DNA of 64,000 nucleotides from Candidatus Alistipes equi. GTDB lineage: Bacteria > Bacteroidota > Bacteroidia > Bacteroidales > Rikenellaceae. The position numbers and the translations under genes are program-made. The notes beneath the pieces are model-generated. The model saw only the letters and a list, made by a program, of their open reading frames with translations. It was not told the DNA's origin and did not search any database. Location: assembly GCA_018065435.1 (NCBI GenBank), contig JAGHTK010000076.1, forward strand, positions 5,943 through 69,942. Direction: 5' to 3'. This document shows positions 29,388 to 38,078 of this stretch, piece after piece. The first letter of the stretch is position 1; each line of letters starts with the position of its first letter.

Positions 29388-30791
29388 ATGGAAAACTATG
29401 TAAGTCTGGATATTGGTTCACACAATATAAAAATGCTTTATGCCAAACGTCAGGCTAATGGTAAAGTCACGATTTTGGGAGAAGCAACCCAACCTACGAA
29501 GAATAGTGTCGAGGAAGGACTTATAAACAATGTCCTAACGCTGGCAGAGGCCATTAAACAGGCAAAAAACGAAATTGAAACTTCCTGCGACATTGTTATT
29601 AAAAACGTCACTGTTGGTATATCTGGAAGCCACATCGAATGTTGCAGTATTACAGACTCTATAAAGACAATAGATGTTTCGCATTGCATCCAGCCATTAG
29701 ATGTGCGCAATATTAATACGCAGATGTGTTCGGTGGAGCATAGTGAAGACATAGAAATATGTTCAATGTATCCACTATACTATGAAATAGACAACGCTTC
29801 TGCCTCCAATAAAAAACGTGTTTTGGATGTTGTCGGAACATATTCCAACTCTCTTTCGGCTACATATTTGTTCACCTATTGCAATAAAGAACAGATCGAC
29901 AGAGTCAAAAGTGCCTGCAAAATTGCTGGTGTGGATGTGGCCAAATTAGTTCTATTGCCAGAAGTTACCCCATATGCATATCTAAAAATGGAAGATTCTG
30001 ACGAATGTTGCGCAATTGTAGATCTTGGCAAGGGGACAACAAACCTATCCATAATCAAGGACGGACGCGTTCATTACATAGCATCTATTCCAATTGGCAT
30101 AGACGCCATTGATGGTGATTTGCTTTCGCATGGAATACATAAACGTTACGTAGAGCAGTTGCGAAAAAAGTACGGACGTGCTACAACTGATAATGTAAAT
30201 CAGGAAAGCGAAATTAACGAATACCCTGCTCACAAGGCTCTTTCACATTTCAATGTCGTTACCATAATTCAAAACCGTCTGTTGGACATTATCGAATGTG
30301 TGGAAAGTGAAATTTCACGTGCCCATATGATGGCAGATGTAAAGAACGGAGATGGCATAATCCTTACCGGAGGAGGCTCCCTGATTGACGGAATTACAAA
30401 TCTATTTGCAAACAAACTTGGTTGTCAGATAACGGATTTAGATCCAAAATACGTAAACGTGGATGAAGAGTCCCTAGAAATACTTTCAAAAGGAACAATA
30501 GGACCGGCTTTAGGAATAATCCTAAGTCAGATTAACAAGTGTACAAATGAAGTAATAGATTCAAAACGTCCAACGAACGAAGAATCTAAGCCAGTAGAAA
30601 TTACAATCGAGAATAAAAAGAAGGATGAGGAAGATAAGAAGGATGAATTGGATAATGATTTGGGTGATCAAATAGATGATGAATATAGCGACAAACCTAA
30701 AAAAACGGGTATGTTCCACAATGTTTATAAGGCTATCAGTCAATCATTCAAAAAAATTATCACAAAAGACGACAGCGACGAACTGTTGTAA
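29388..30791 (+). CDS. ftsA: Cell division protein FtsA
   Basis: LDIGSHNIK, VTVGISG, VDLGKGTT and ILTGGGS actin-fold motifs; precedes ftsZ. Confidence 0.88.
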   Translation: MENYVSLDIGSHNIKMLYAKRQANGKVTILGEATQPTKNSVEEGLINNVLTLAEAIKQAKNEIETSCDIVIKNVTVGISGSHIECCSITDSIKTIDVSHCIQPLDVRNINTQMCSVEHSEDIEICSMYPLYYEIDNASASNKKRVLDVVGTYSNSLSATYLFTYCNKEQIDRVKSACKIAGVDVAKLVLLPEVTPYAYLKMEDSDECCAIVDLGKGTTNLSIIKDGRVHYIASIPIGIDAIDGDLLSHGIHKRYVEQLRKKYGRATTDNVNQESEINEYPAHKALSHFNVVTIIQNRLLDIIECVESEISRAHMMADVKNGDGIILTGGGSLIDGITNLFANKLGCQITDLDPKYVNVDEESLEILSKGTIGPALGIILSQINKCTNEVIDSKRPTNEESKPVEITIENKKKDEEDKKDELDNDLGDQIDDEYSDKPKKTGMFHNVYKAISQSFKKIITKDDSDELL

Positions 30792-30844
30792 GATTCTTAA
30801 AATCTAACATCTCTGCAGGTAAAACATTTAAGGTCAAAGATTTT

Positions 30845-32122
30845 ATGGAAAACGATTATATTATTCCTGAATTAAAGAGCATTCCGGCGAAAATTATGGT
30901 CGCGGGAGTTGGTGGTGCAGGAGGCAATGCTATCAACCATGTGTACAACATGGGTATACACGGAGTTAATTTGGTGCTATTCAATACCGACAGCCAAGAT
31001 TTGGAAAGAAGTCCTGTAGAGCACAAGGTTCTTCTGGGTGATGGTCTTGGTGCAGGAAACGATCCAAAAGCTGGTGAGGAAAAAGCAAAAGAAACCATTG
31101 ATGCCATTCGAAACACATTCGTACAACTCGGTACACAGATGCTATTCCTTGCTGCAGGCATGGGAGGAGGAACTGGTACAGGAGCTACGCCTATAATTGC
31201 TGAAGTGGCAAAAGAAATGGACATTCTTACGGTGGCCATCGTAACACTATGTAACGAAAATGAAGGCAACGTAAGATACACACAAGCAAAAGAAGGAATC
31301 CATCGTCTGTCAGAAATCGTAGATTCGATTATTGTAATCAAAGACCGAGCACTCAGCGAGCTCTATGGAGACCTTCCAATCGGTGAATGCTTCAACAAGG
31401 CAAATGACATTGTAGCAAAAGCTGCCAAAGGCATAGCAGAAATTATCACAGTAAAGTCGAACCTTGTCAATGTCGACTACAATGATGTGCGAAAAGTCAT
31501 GATGCATAGTGGTACTGCTGTATTGGGAGTATCAGAAGCTGAAGGAGATGACCGTGCTGTAATGGCGCTCCAGAATTCCCTGGAATGCCCGCTGTTCGGA
31601 GGAGCAAAAATAGAAGGTGCTAAAAACGTACTTATCAACTTCGCAACATCAACAACACACCCACTTCTAACAAGCGAAAAAGACAATGCACTTGCCCATA
31701 TTCAAGGTATGGCAGCATGCATTGACAAGAATGGTAAGAGTCAGAATGCCAACATAATTTGGGGAACAAGCATTAAGGAAGAGCTTGGAGAAAAGATGGA
31801 AGTTGTGGTTGTTGTAACAGGTTTCGACACCGAAATTGACAAGGAAACGGAAATTGGTCGCGCACCGACCACCATTGTCGAACCAAAACAACAGGAAGTT
31901 GCAAAACAACAGGAAGTTGCAAAACCGAACCGAAAACTGATTGAAAGTACAAAAAAACGCTATTCCAACGTTGAACTTCTGAAAAATGGAAAACCAGCAT
32001 ATATACGCAGAAAAGCCGTACTGATCACACAAATTATCAACAAAAAGAAAGCTGTTGCAAATACAAATGAGCAAGAGGAACTCGCTCCGGTAAATGATAG
32101 TCAACAGACTCTTTTTCAGTAA
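30845..32122 (+). CDS. ftsZ: Cell division protein FtsZ (divergent)
   Basis: GVGGAGGNA, NTD, GLGAG, GMGGGTGTG, NVDYND and C-terminal PAYIRR. Confidence 0.93.
   Translation: MENDYIIPELKSIPAKIMVAGVGGAGGNAINHVYNMGIHGVNLVLFNTDSQDLERSPVEHKVLLGDGLGAGNDPKAGEEKAKETIDAIRNTFVQLGTQMLFLAAGMGGGTGTGATPIIAEVAKEMDILTVAIVTLCNENEGNVRYTQAKEGIHRLSEIVDSIIVIKDRALSELYGDLPIGECFNKANDIVAKAAKGIAEIITVKSNLVNVDYNDVRKVMMHSGTAVLGVSEAEGDDRAVMALQNSLECPLFGGAKIEGAKNVLINFATSTTHPLLTSEKDNALAHIQGMAACIDKNGKSQNANIIWGTSIKEELGEKMEVVVVVTGFDTEIDKETEIGRAPTTIVEPKQQEVAKQQEVAKPNRKLIESTKKRYSNVELLKNGKPAYIRRKAVLITQIINKKKAVANTNEQEELAPVNDSQQTLFQ
31884..31925 (+). repeat. In-frame 18-bp tandem duplication in the FtsZ linker (KQQEVA x2)
   Basis: CAAAACAACAGGAAGTTG x2 followed by CAAAAC. 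Confidence 0.9.
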
Positions 32123-32128
32123 ATAAAA

Positions 32129-33412
32129 ATGAGTGATATAGTCATATATTTAGGGCTAAATACGACAGGTGTGATACAAATTTTCATACTTGTTCTAATG
32201 CTTGGGATATCTGCTATGGCTTCCTCATCTGAAATAGCATTCTTTTCTCTAAGCAGAGAAGATATTAACCAGATGAAGTCAACAGGCCGAGCTAACGTTT
32301 CGTGTATCGAGCGGCTCCTTTCAAACCCAGACAAACTTCTAGCCTCAATTCTTGTCATCAACAACACAGTCAATATAATCATTGTTATTCTGGCGGCAAG
32401 AATAATGGAGGGGATGTTTCAATTTCTGCACTTCAAGTTCCTGTTTGAAGTTGTCATAGTCACTTTCATCTTGCTTTTTTTCGGCGAAATACTGCCTAAA
32501 GTTGTAACGCAACGCTATCATATGTATGTTGCATCCATTGTGGCTTATCCTATTTTATGCCTTTCATGGATTGCTTACCCACTTACGTTTCTTCTTATAA
32601 AATCGGGACGAATAACAAAAGAAATAGCGCCCAAGAAGAATGACATTTCGATAGAAGATTTGGCAGATGTTGTTGATATGACGACAGATTCCACCACGGA
32701 AGAACGCAAAATACTTTCTGGTATTGTCGGATTCGCGTCCCGAGAGGTTGAAGAAATAATGAAACCCCGTATGGACATCATCGCCGTAGAGAACAATATG
32801 TCCTTTTTGGAGGTCAAGCAACTCATTATCCGCTATGGATATTCACGACTGCCTGTCTTCAATGACGATATGGATCATATCATAGGTATTCTCTATGTAA
32901 AGGATCTTACACAGCACCTCAATAAGGATGATTCGTTCGTATGGCAAAGTATTGTCCGCGATGCTTATTTTGCTCCTCCTCACAAAAAACTGGAAGATTT
33001 ATTAAAAGACTTCCAAAGAGAAAAGGTGCACATGGCCGTAATTGTTGATGAATATGGAGCCACGCAGGGCCTAGTTACAATGGAAGACATACTGGAAGAA
33101 GTCGTTGGTGAGATATCCGATGAGAGTGATCACAAGGAAGCCTTCTATCGCAGAATCAACGAGAACACCTATATCTTTGACGGGAAAACACATATTGTAG
33201 ACATGACACGAATTCTGGAAATAGACGAGGGCACGTTCAGTGACGTGCAGGGAAAAGCAGAAACCGTGGCGGGTTTACTTCTTGAAATTCACCGGAACTT
33301 CCTACATAAAAATGAAGAAATAAAAAGTCACAACATACGCTTTCAGGTTCTTTCCCTAGATGGACATAGAATCAAACAGGTTAAAATTATCATGCCGGTT
33401 GATGAAAAATAG
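32129..33412 (+). CDS. gldE: GldE/HlyC-CorC family (CNNM + CBS + CorC) membrane protein
   Basis: SEIAFFSL, FGEILPK, MKPRMDI, YSRLPV and IVDEYGATQGLVTMEDILEEVVGEI. Confidence 0.8.
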   Translation: MSDIVIYLGLNTTGVIQIFILVLMLGISAMASSSEIAFFSLSREDINQMKSTGRANVSCIERLLSNPDKLLASILVINNTVNIIIVILAARIMEGMFQFLHFKFLFEVVIVTFILLFFGEILPKVVTQRYHMYVASIVAYPILCLSWIAYPLTFLLIKSGRITKEIAPKKNDISIEDLADVVDMTTDSTTEERKILSGIVGFASREVEEIMKPRMDIIAVENNMSFLEVKQLIIRYGYSRLPVFNDDMDHIIGILYVKDLTQHLNKDDSFVWQSIVRDAYFAPPHKKLEDLLKDFQREKVHMAVIVDEYGATQGLVTMEDILEEVVGEISDESDHKEAFYRRINENTYIFDGKTHIVDMTRILEIDEGTFSDVQGKAETVAGLLLEIHRNFLHKNEEIKSHNIRFQVLSLDGHRIKQVKIIMPVDEK

Positions 33413-33971
33413 CGTATTCATAGAGCAAATACCGAAACTTGAATACTTGTATTCCAGAATGCCTTCGAAGGATATCGAAGAAGTTGCTTCGCTCAGCCTC
33501 AAACGTCAAAGTGAAATTCTAGGTTCAAAAATGATACTAAACAATGCTTTAGGCCAAGTGCAACTTTTACACGACTCATTCGGTGGTCCGATTCTTGAAA
33601 ACAACTCACTAAGTGTAAGCATATCACATAGTCGCACAATGCTGGCCGTAGCCCTATCGAAGTTTCCATGCGGAATTGACATAGAGGAAAAAGACCGGAA
33701 TTTTATACGTGTAACGCCAAAATACCTAAGCCAAAGTGAAATTGAACTTCTGCAATCCATCCCTGATGGCTATGCAATAGCTTGGTGTACGAAGGAGGCC
33801 CTCTACAAATATCAACGTACGGAAAAAATCGATATGCTTAAGCATATACGCATCATAGACATAAATTTGGATGAACGGTCACTTCATTGTTCCATACTGG
33901 ACAGACGGCCGATTGAAGTAAAATACAATTATTACAGCAACTGTATCGCAGCTGTGGTTTTTGAAAGGTAA
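33402..33971 (+). CDS. 4'-phosphopantetheinyl transferase superfamily (Sfp/EntD-like)
   Basis: SISHS, GIDIE and WCTKEALYK motifs; start probably ATG 33402. Confidence 0.85.
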   Translation: MKNSVFIEQIPKLEYLYSRMPSKDIEEVASLSLKRQSEILGSKMILNNALGQVQLLHDSFGGPILENNSLSVSISHSRTMLAVALSKFPCGIDIEEKDRNFIRVTPKYLSQSEIELLQSIPDGYAIAWCTKEALYKYQRTEKIDMLKHIRIIDINLDERSLHCSILDRRPIEVKYNYYSNCIAAVVFER

Positions 33972-35395
33972 TGGCAACAAATTCTCCATCTTCACTTGGT
34001 ACCGATTCCATTGGTTCACTTCTTTTCAAGTACTCTTTGCCGGCTATAGTTGCCATGGCATCGGCATCGCTATTCAATGTCATTGATTCTATATTTGTTG
34101 GCCACGGCGTTGGAGGCGCCGCCATTGCAGGCATGGCCATTACACTTCCGATTATGAATGTTGCAGTTGCATTCGGGGCAATGGTTGGTGTAGGAGCCGG
34201 TGCACGCATCTCCATACGTATCGGTGAGGGTAACAAAATCATGGCCGAAAAGATTCTTTGCAACGCCATAATCCTCAATCTTATCATAGGCACGCTTATC
34301 TCGGTAGTAATGCTCTGCTTTATGGATGAGATACTGATACTATTTAGCGGAGGGAAAGCAAACCAAGACACGTTGCAGTATGCGAAGGATTTCATGACCA
34401 TAATCATGGCATTCAACGTAATTACGCACTTATATCTTGGTATGAATGATATGATGCGAGCCTCTGGCTACCCTACAAAAGCCATGAGAATCGTTCTTGT
34501 TTCGGTTCTAATCAATATTATACTGAACCCATTGTTCATTTTCCACTTTCATTGGGGAATAAAGGGCTCTGCACTCGCAACTATCATATCTCAGAGCATC
34601 TCATTCGTTTTGGCTCTACGACATTTTCTTTCAAGTGAAAGTTTTATCCATTTCAAAAGAAAGTATTTCCGCATCGATTTTCGCATTATTGCGCAGATTC
34701 TTTCAATCGGACTGGCACCTTTCCTTTTGAATATATGTGCATCGATGGTTGCAACGTTTGTAAACAAAGCTCTGCTTGAATATGGTGGAAGTGGTAAAAA
34801 CGATACTGTTGGAGCCGATGGCGACGTATTTGTAAGCGCTTACGGCATCGTCAACAGAATAGCTCTTCTGTTTGTGATGATTGTTCAAGGCTTCAATCAA
34901 GGAATGCAACCTATTGTTGGGTACAATTACGGCGCAAAGAACATGGCTAGAGTTAAAAAAGCGTTATTCACAACAATTGTGTGTGCCGTAAGCGTAGGAT
35001 TTGTAACCTTTGCCGCTATAGAGCTCTTCCCAGAAGGCATTGCCGGACTCTTTGTAGACACATCAAAAGGTGAAAGAGACTTTATGATTATGCAGACAGC
35101 AACCACTGCCATTCGAACGATTCTTATACTTTGTCCACTAGTAGGATTCCAGATTGTTGCAGGAAACTTCTTCCAATACATAGGCAAAGCACACCTGTCC
35201 ATATTCACCAATCTAACAAGACAACTTCTCTTCCTATTACCATTCATATGGACGCTGCCCGTATACTACGGAGCCTACGGAGTATGGATTTCCATGCCAC
35301 TTGCAGACTGCGGATCGATTCTTCTTTCGACAACGCTACTCATTAGGGAAATACGCAAACTCAATAGGCAATCCGGTGTACAACTGAAAGAGTAA
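33971..35395 (+). CDS. MATE family efflux transporter (MepA-like)
   Basis: 12-TM pattern; NVIDSIFVG, NIILNPLFIF..WGIKGSALAT and QPIVGYNYGA. Confidence 0.92.
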   Translation: MATNSPSSLGTDSIGSLLFKYSLPAIVAMASASLFNVIDSIFVGHGVGGAAIAGMAITLPIMNVAVAFGAMVGVGAGARISIRIGEGNKIMAEKILCNAIILNLIIGTLISVVMLCFMDEILILFSGGKANQDTLQYAKDFMTIIMAFNVITHLYLGMNDMMRASGYPTKAMRIVLVSVLINIILNPLFIFHFHWGIKGSALATIISQSISFVLALRHFLSSESFIHFKRKYFRIDFRIIAQILSIGLAPFLLNICASMVATFVNKALLEYGGSGKNDTVGADGDVFVSAYGIVNRIALLFVMIVQGFNQGMQPIVGYNYGAKNMARVKKALFTTIVCAVSVGFVTFAAIELFPEGIAGLFVDTSKGERDFMIMQTATTAIRTILILCPLVGFQIVAGNFFQYIGKAHLSIFTNLTRQLLFLLPFIWTLPVYYGAYGVWISMPLADCGSILLSTTLLIREIRKLNRQSGVQLKE

Positions 35396-35427
35396 AAGTC
35401 ATATTCAGACTTATTATTGCCTATGCG

Positions 35428-35452
35428 AAAAAAACCGCCAAATTGGCGGTTT
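35428..35452. terminator. Intrinsic terminator between convergent MATE and GH57 genes
   Basis: A-run followed by AAACCGCCAA-a-TTGGCGGTTT. Confidence 0.75.
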
Positions 35453-35544
35453 AAATTGTATCTCTTTAACCTAGGTTAGAGATTATCGTAGATATGATAT
35501 CTATGGGCATACAAAGTTTGAATGCTTTTTAAGCATAAGAACTT

Positions 35545-36756
35545 CTATGCGTTCTTCTTCCTCTTTTTCTTTTCTGTAATTTGTTTTTCAACCTCTATCT
35601 GGAAGTCTGAAAAAACATTCATATAATTTATGAACGCTTCATAGGATGAACCATAAGGATTGAAATAGGAATGAACATCTCCATCAGAAAGCCATTTTGT
35701 AGCCATATAGTAGAAATGGTCTGATGTCTGGAGGAAGTTCCATACATAGTCATAATCTGCATTGTGCAAGGACTTAACCTTATCGCGAAGTGAATAAAGT
35801 TTACCAAAGGCCTCGTTCTGGAGATCATTTCCGAGCCAAGCTGTAATGTCACGCTCCTCATCTGCCCAACTCATTGCGTGTGGACAGTGAAGTACGGAAA
35901 CGGGTTGATACTTTTCTGCCGTTTCAGATACAGTTGCAAAACAAAGCTCAGGGTTAGAAAGCACCTCTTTCGGAAGAGCCTTTACGAAGTCGAAAATCCC
36001 CGTTGCAGCCTTTTGATGTTCGCCAAATGTTTCGTAGTCCATAAAGAGATTTATTACCTCACCTTCGGCAGCTGCGAGCCATGAAGCGTACTTATTTGCT
36101 GTTAGCGGATATTCATCCCATGATTGGTTAGAAAAACGGAAAGCAATATCATCCGAAAGCTTGTAATTTCTAAGAAGTACTCTTAGTGCCTGGTTCTCGG
36201 CTGAAGCATATACATAATCTGGAGTCTTCCATCCCAAAATGTGCTTTGCTCCTTCAGCAAGGATTGTCTTAAATCCCATTTCTGCCGCCATTGCGCCTAT
36301 TGCATCCGAGTAAATAAGCTCCGTGTTACGGAAAGCCTTCGGTTTTACACCGAACTCTTTCTTGAGCATCTTCGTATGAAGTTGTACCTGCTCCTTGAAA
36401 TCTTCCTCAGACGAAAGTGCTGCCAAGGAGTGAGAATATGTTTCAGCAAGCAACTCAACGCACCCTGTATTTACAAGAGCTTTGAACGATTCTAAAACCT
36501 CCGGAGCGTAAAGCTTAAACTGTTCAACAACGGTTCCTGTTAAAGAAAAGGATATTCTGAAAGCCCCCTTGTTTTCATTTATAAGACGCAAGAGTAGAGA
36601 GTTCATCGGCAGATAGCACTCTCTAGCAATTTTCTGCATGATAGCCCTATTCGACAAATCATCCAAATAATTGTGATCATTCCCGATATTGAAGAACCGA
36701 TAAGTTTTCAACCGCCACGGCTGGTGGACTTGAAAATATAAACAAATAGTCTTCAT
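35545..36756 (-). CDS. Glycoside hydrolase family 57 (alpha-amylase-like)
   Basis: FQVHQP, ETYSHSL, FRNTELIY, FMDYETFGEH and QTSDHFYYM. Confidence 0.92.
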   Translation of the reverse strand: MKTICLYFQVHQPWRLKTYRFFNIGNDHNYLDDLSNRAIMQKIARECYLPMNSLLLRLINENKGAFRISFSLTGTVVEQFKLYAPEVLESFKALVNTGCVELLAETYSHSLAALSSEEDFKEQVQLHTKMLKKEFGVKPKAFRNTELIYSDAIGAMAAEMGFKTILAEGAKHILGWKTPDYVYASAENQALRVLLRNYKLSDDIAFRFSNQSWDEYPLTANKYASWLAAAEGEVINLFMDYETFGEHQKAATGIFDFVKALPKEVLSNPELCFATVSETAEKYQPVSVLHCPHAMSWADEERDITAWLGNDLQNEAFGKLYSLRDKVKSLHNADYDYVWNFLQTSDHFYYMATKWLSDGDVHSYFNPYGSSYEAFINYMNVFSDFQIEVEKQITEKKKRKKNA

Positions 36757-36758
36757 GG

Positions 36759-38078
36759 TTATTTTGTGTTTTGATTATTCTCGTTAATAGCATCTTCGTA
36801 GACGCGTTTGATCTTGGCTGCTGCATTGTTCCACTTAAGGCCTGTTACCTCTTCAAGTCCTTTCGTTGCGAACATTTTCGATAATGCTGGGTATGTGATA
36901 AGACCATAAATTGCATCCGCCATAGCGTCAACATCCCAGTAGTCTACCTTAACAGCGTAGGTAAGCACCTCTGCTACGCCACTCTGCTTTGAAATGATGA
37001 CCGGAACATTGGAACGCATTGCCTCCAATGGTGAAATGCCAAACGGCTCGCTAACGGAAGGCATTACATATACATCCGAAAGCTGGAACATCTTCTGAAC
37101 ATTGTCTCCACGCAAAAAACCCGTAAAGTGAAAACGATCCGATATGCCAAGACGTGCGACTCGACGAATTACATGATTCATCATATCGCCCGAACCAGCC
37201 ATTACAAAACGAACATTCTTTACGCGCTTTAGCACCTTGGCTGCTGCCTCAACAAAATAATCAGGTCCCTTCTGGAAAGTAATACGACCAAGGAAAGTAA
37301 CAACCTTATCCTCGACACCCCTTTCAGGTACTGCAAGGTCTTTTTCGGCAAAGCGTACAGCGTTGTGTACTGTCACTACCTTATGAGCAGGAATGCCATA
37401 ACGTTCGATTACGATTTTACGTGTCAAATTACTTACTGCTATGACACGATCCGCTGCCTGCATACCTGCACGCTCAATTGAATATGTTCTGGTATTAATA
37501 TTTTCACCAGAACGATCAAATTCAGTAGCATGCATATGTACAACAAGTGGCTTGCCTGAAACACGTTTTGCGGCAATTCCAGCAAAATACGTAAGCCAAT
37601 CATGTGCATGTATGACATCAAACTGACCTTCAAGGTTTTTTGCCACCTGCGCAGCAACGATGGCATATCTGGCAACCTCTTCCAAAAGATTTGCACCATA
37701 TTTGCCGGAAAAAGTATAACGCTGGCTCCAAATGTCACCTGTTTCCCAGAAACGACTACCAGTCTTTACAAACTCATCATGGTACGACACGTAATCTTCC
37801 GGTGAAAGATACGGAACCATGTTTGAATCTATGTGAATAAAAGAAAGTTTTTCCACTATATCACTAGAATCCTCCGAAACGTTACCAAACACCGTCTCCA
37901 CATCAGAAGCATTGACAATGCGGATAAACCGCTCATCTTCGTCTCCTGAAGCATGAGGCATAACGAAAGTAACGCCAACATCATTGCGAGCAAGTCCTCT
38001 GGTCATACCATAACATGCCGTTCCAAGACCACCTGCGATATGTGGTGGGAACTCCCATCCAAACATCAAAACTCTCAT
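36759..38078 (-). CDS. GT4 glycosyltransferase (glycogen-locus type)
   Basis: GWEFPPHIAGGLG, HAHDWLT, GRITFQKG and EPFGISPLEAM. Confidence 0.92.
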   Translation of the reverse strand: MRVLMFGWEFPPHIAGGLGTACYGMTRGLARNDVGVTFVMPHASGDEDERFIRIVNASDVETVFGNVSEDSSDIVEKLSFIHIDSNMVPYLSPEDYVSYHDEFVKTGSRFWETGDIWSQRYTFSGKYGANLLEEVARYAIVAAQVAKNLEGQFDVIHAHDWLTYFAGIAAKRVSGKPLVVHMHATEFDRSGENINTRTYSIERAGMQAADRVIAVSNLTRKIVIERYGIPAHKVVTVHNAVRFAEKDLAVPERGVEDKVVTFLGRITFQKGPDYFVEAAAKVLKRVKNVRFVMAGSGDMMNHVIRRVARLGISDRFHFTGFLRGDNVQKMFQLSDVYVMPSVSEPFGISPLEAMRSNVPVIISKQSGVAEVLTYAVKVDYWDVDAMADAIYGLITYPALSKMFATKGLEEVTGLKWNNAAAKIKRVYEDAINENNQNTK

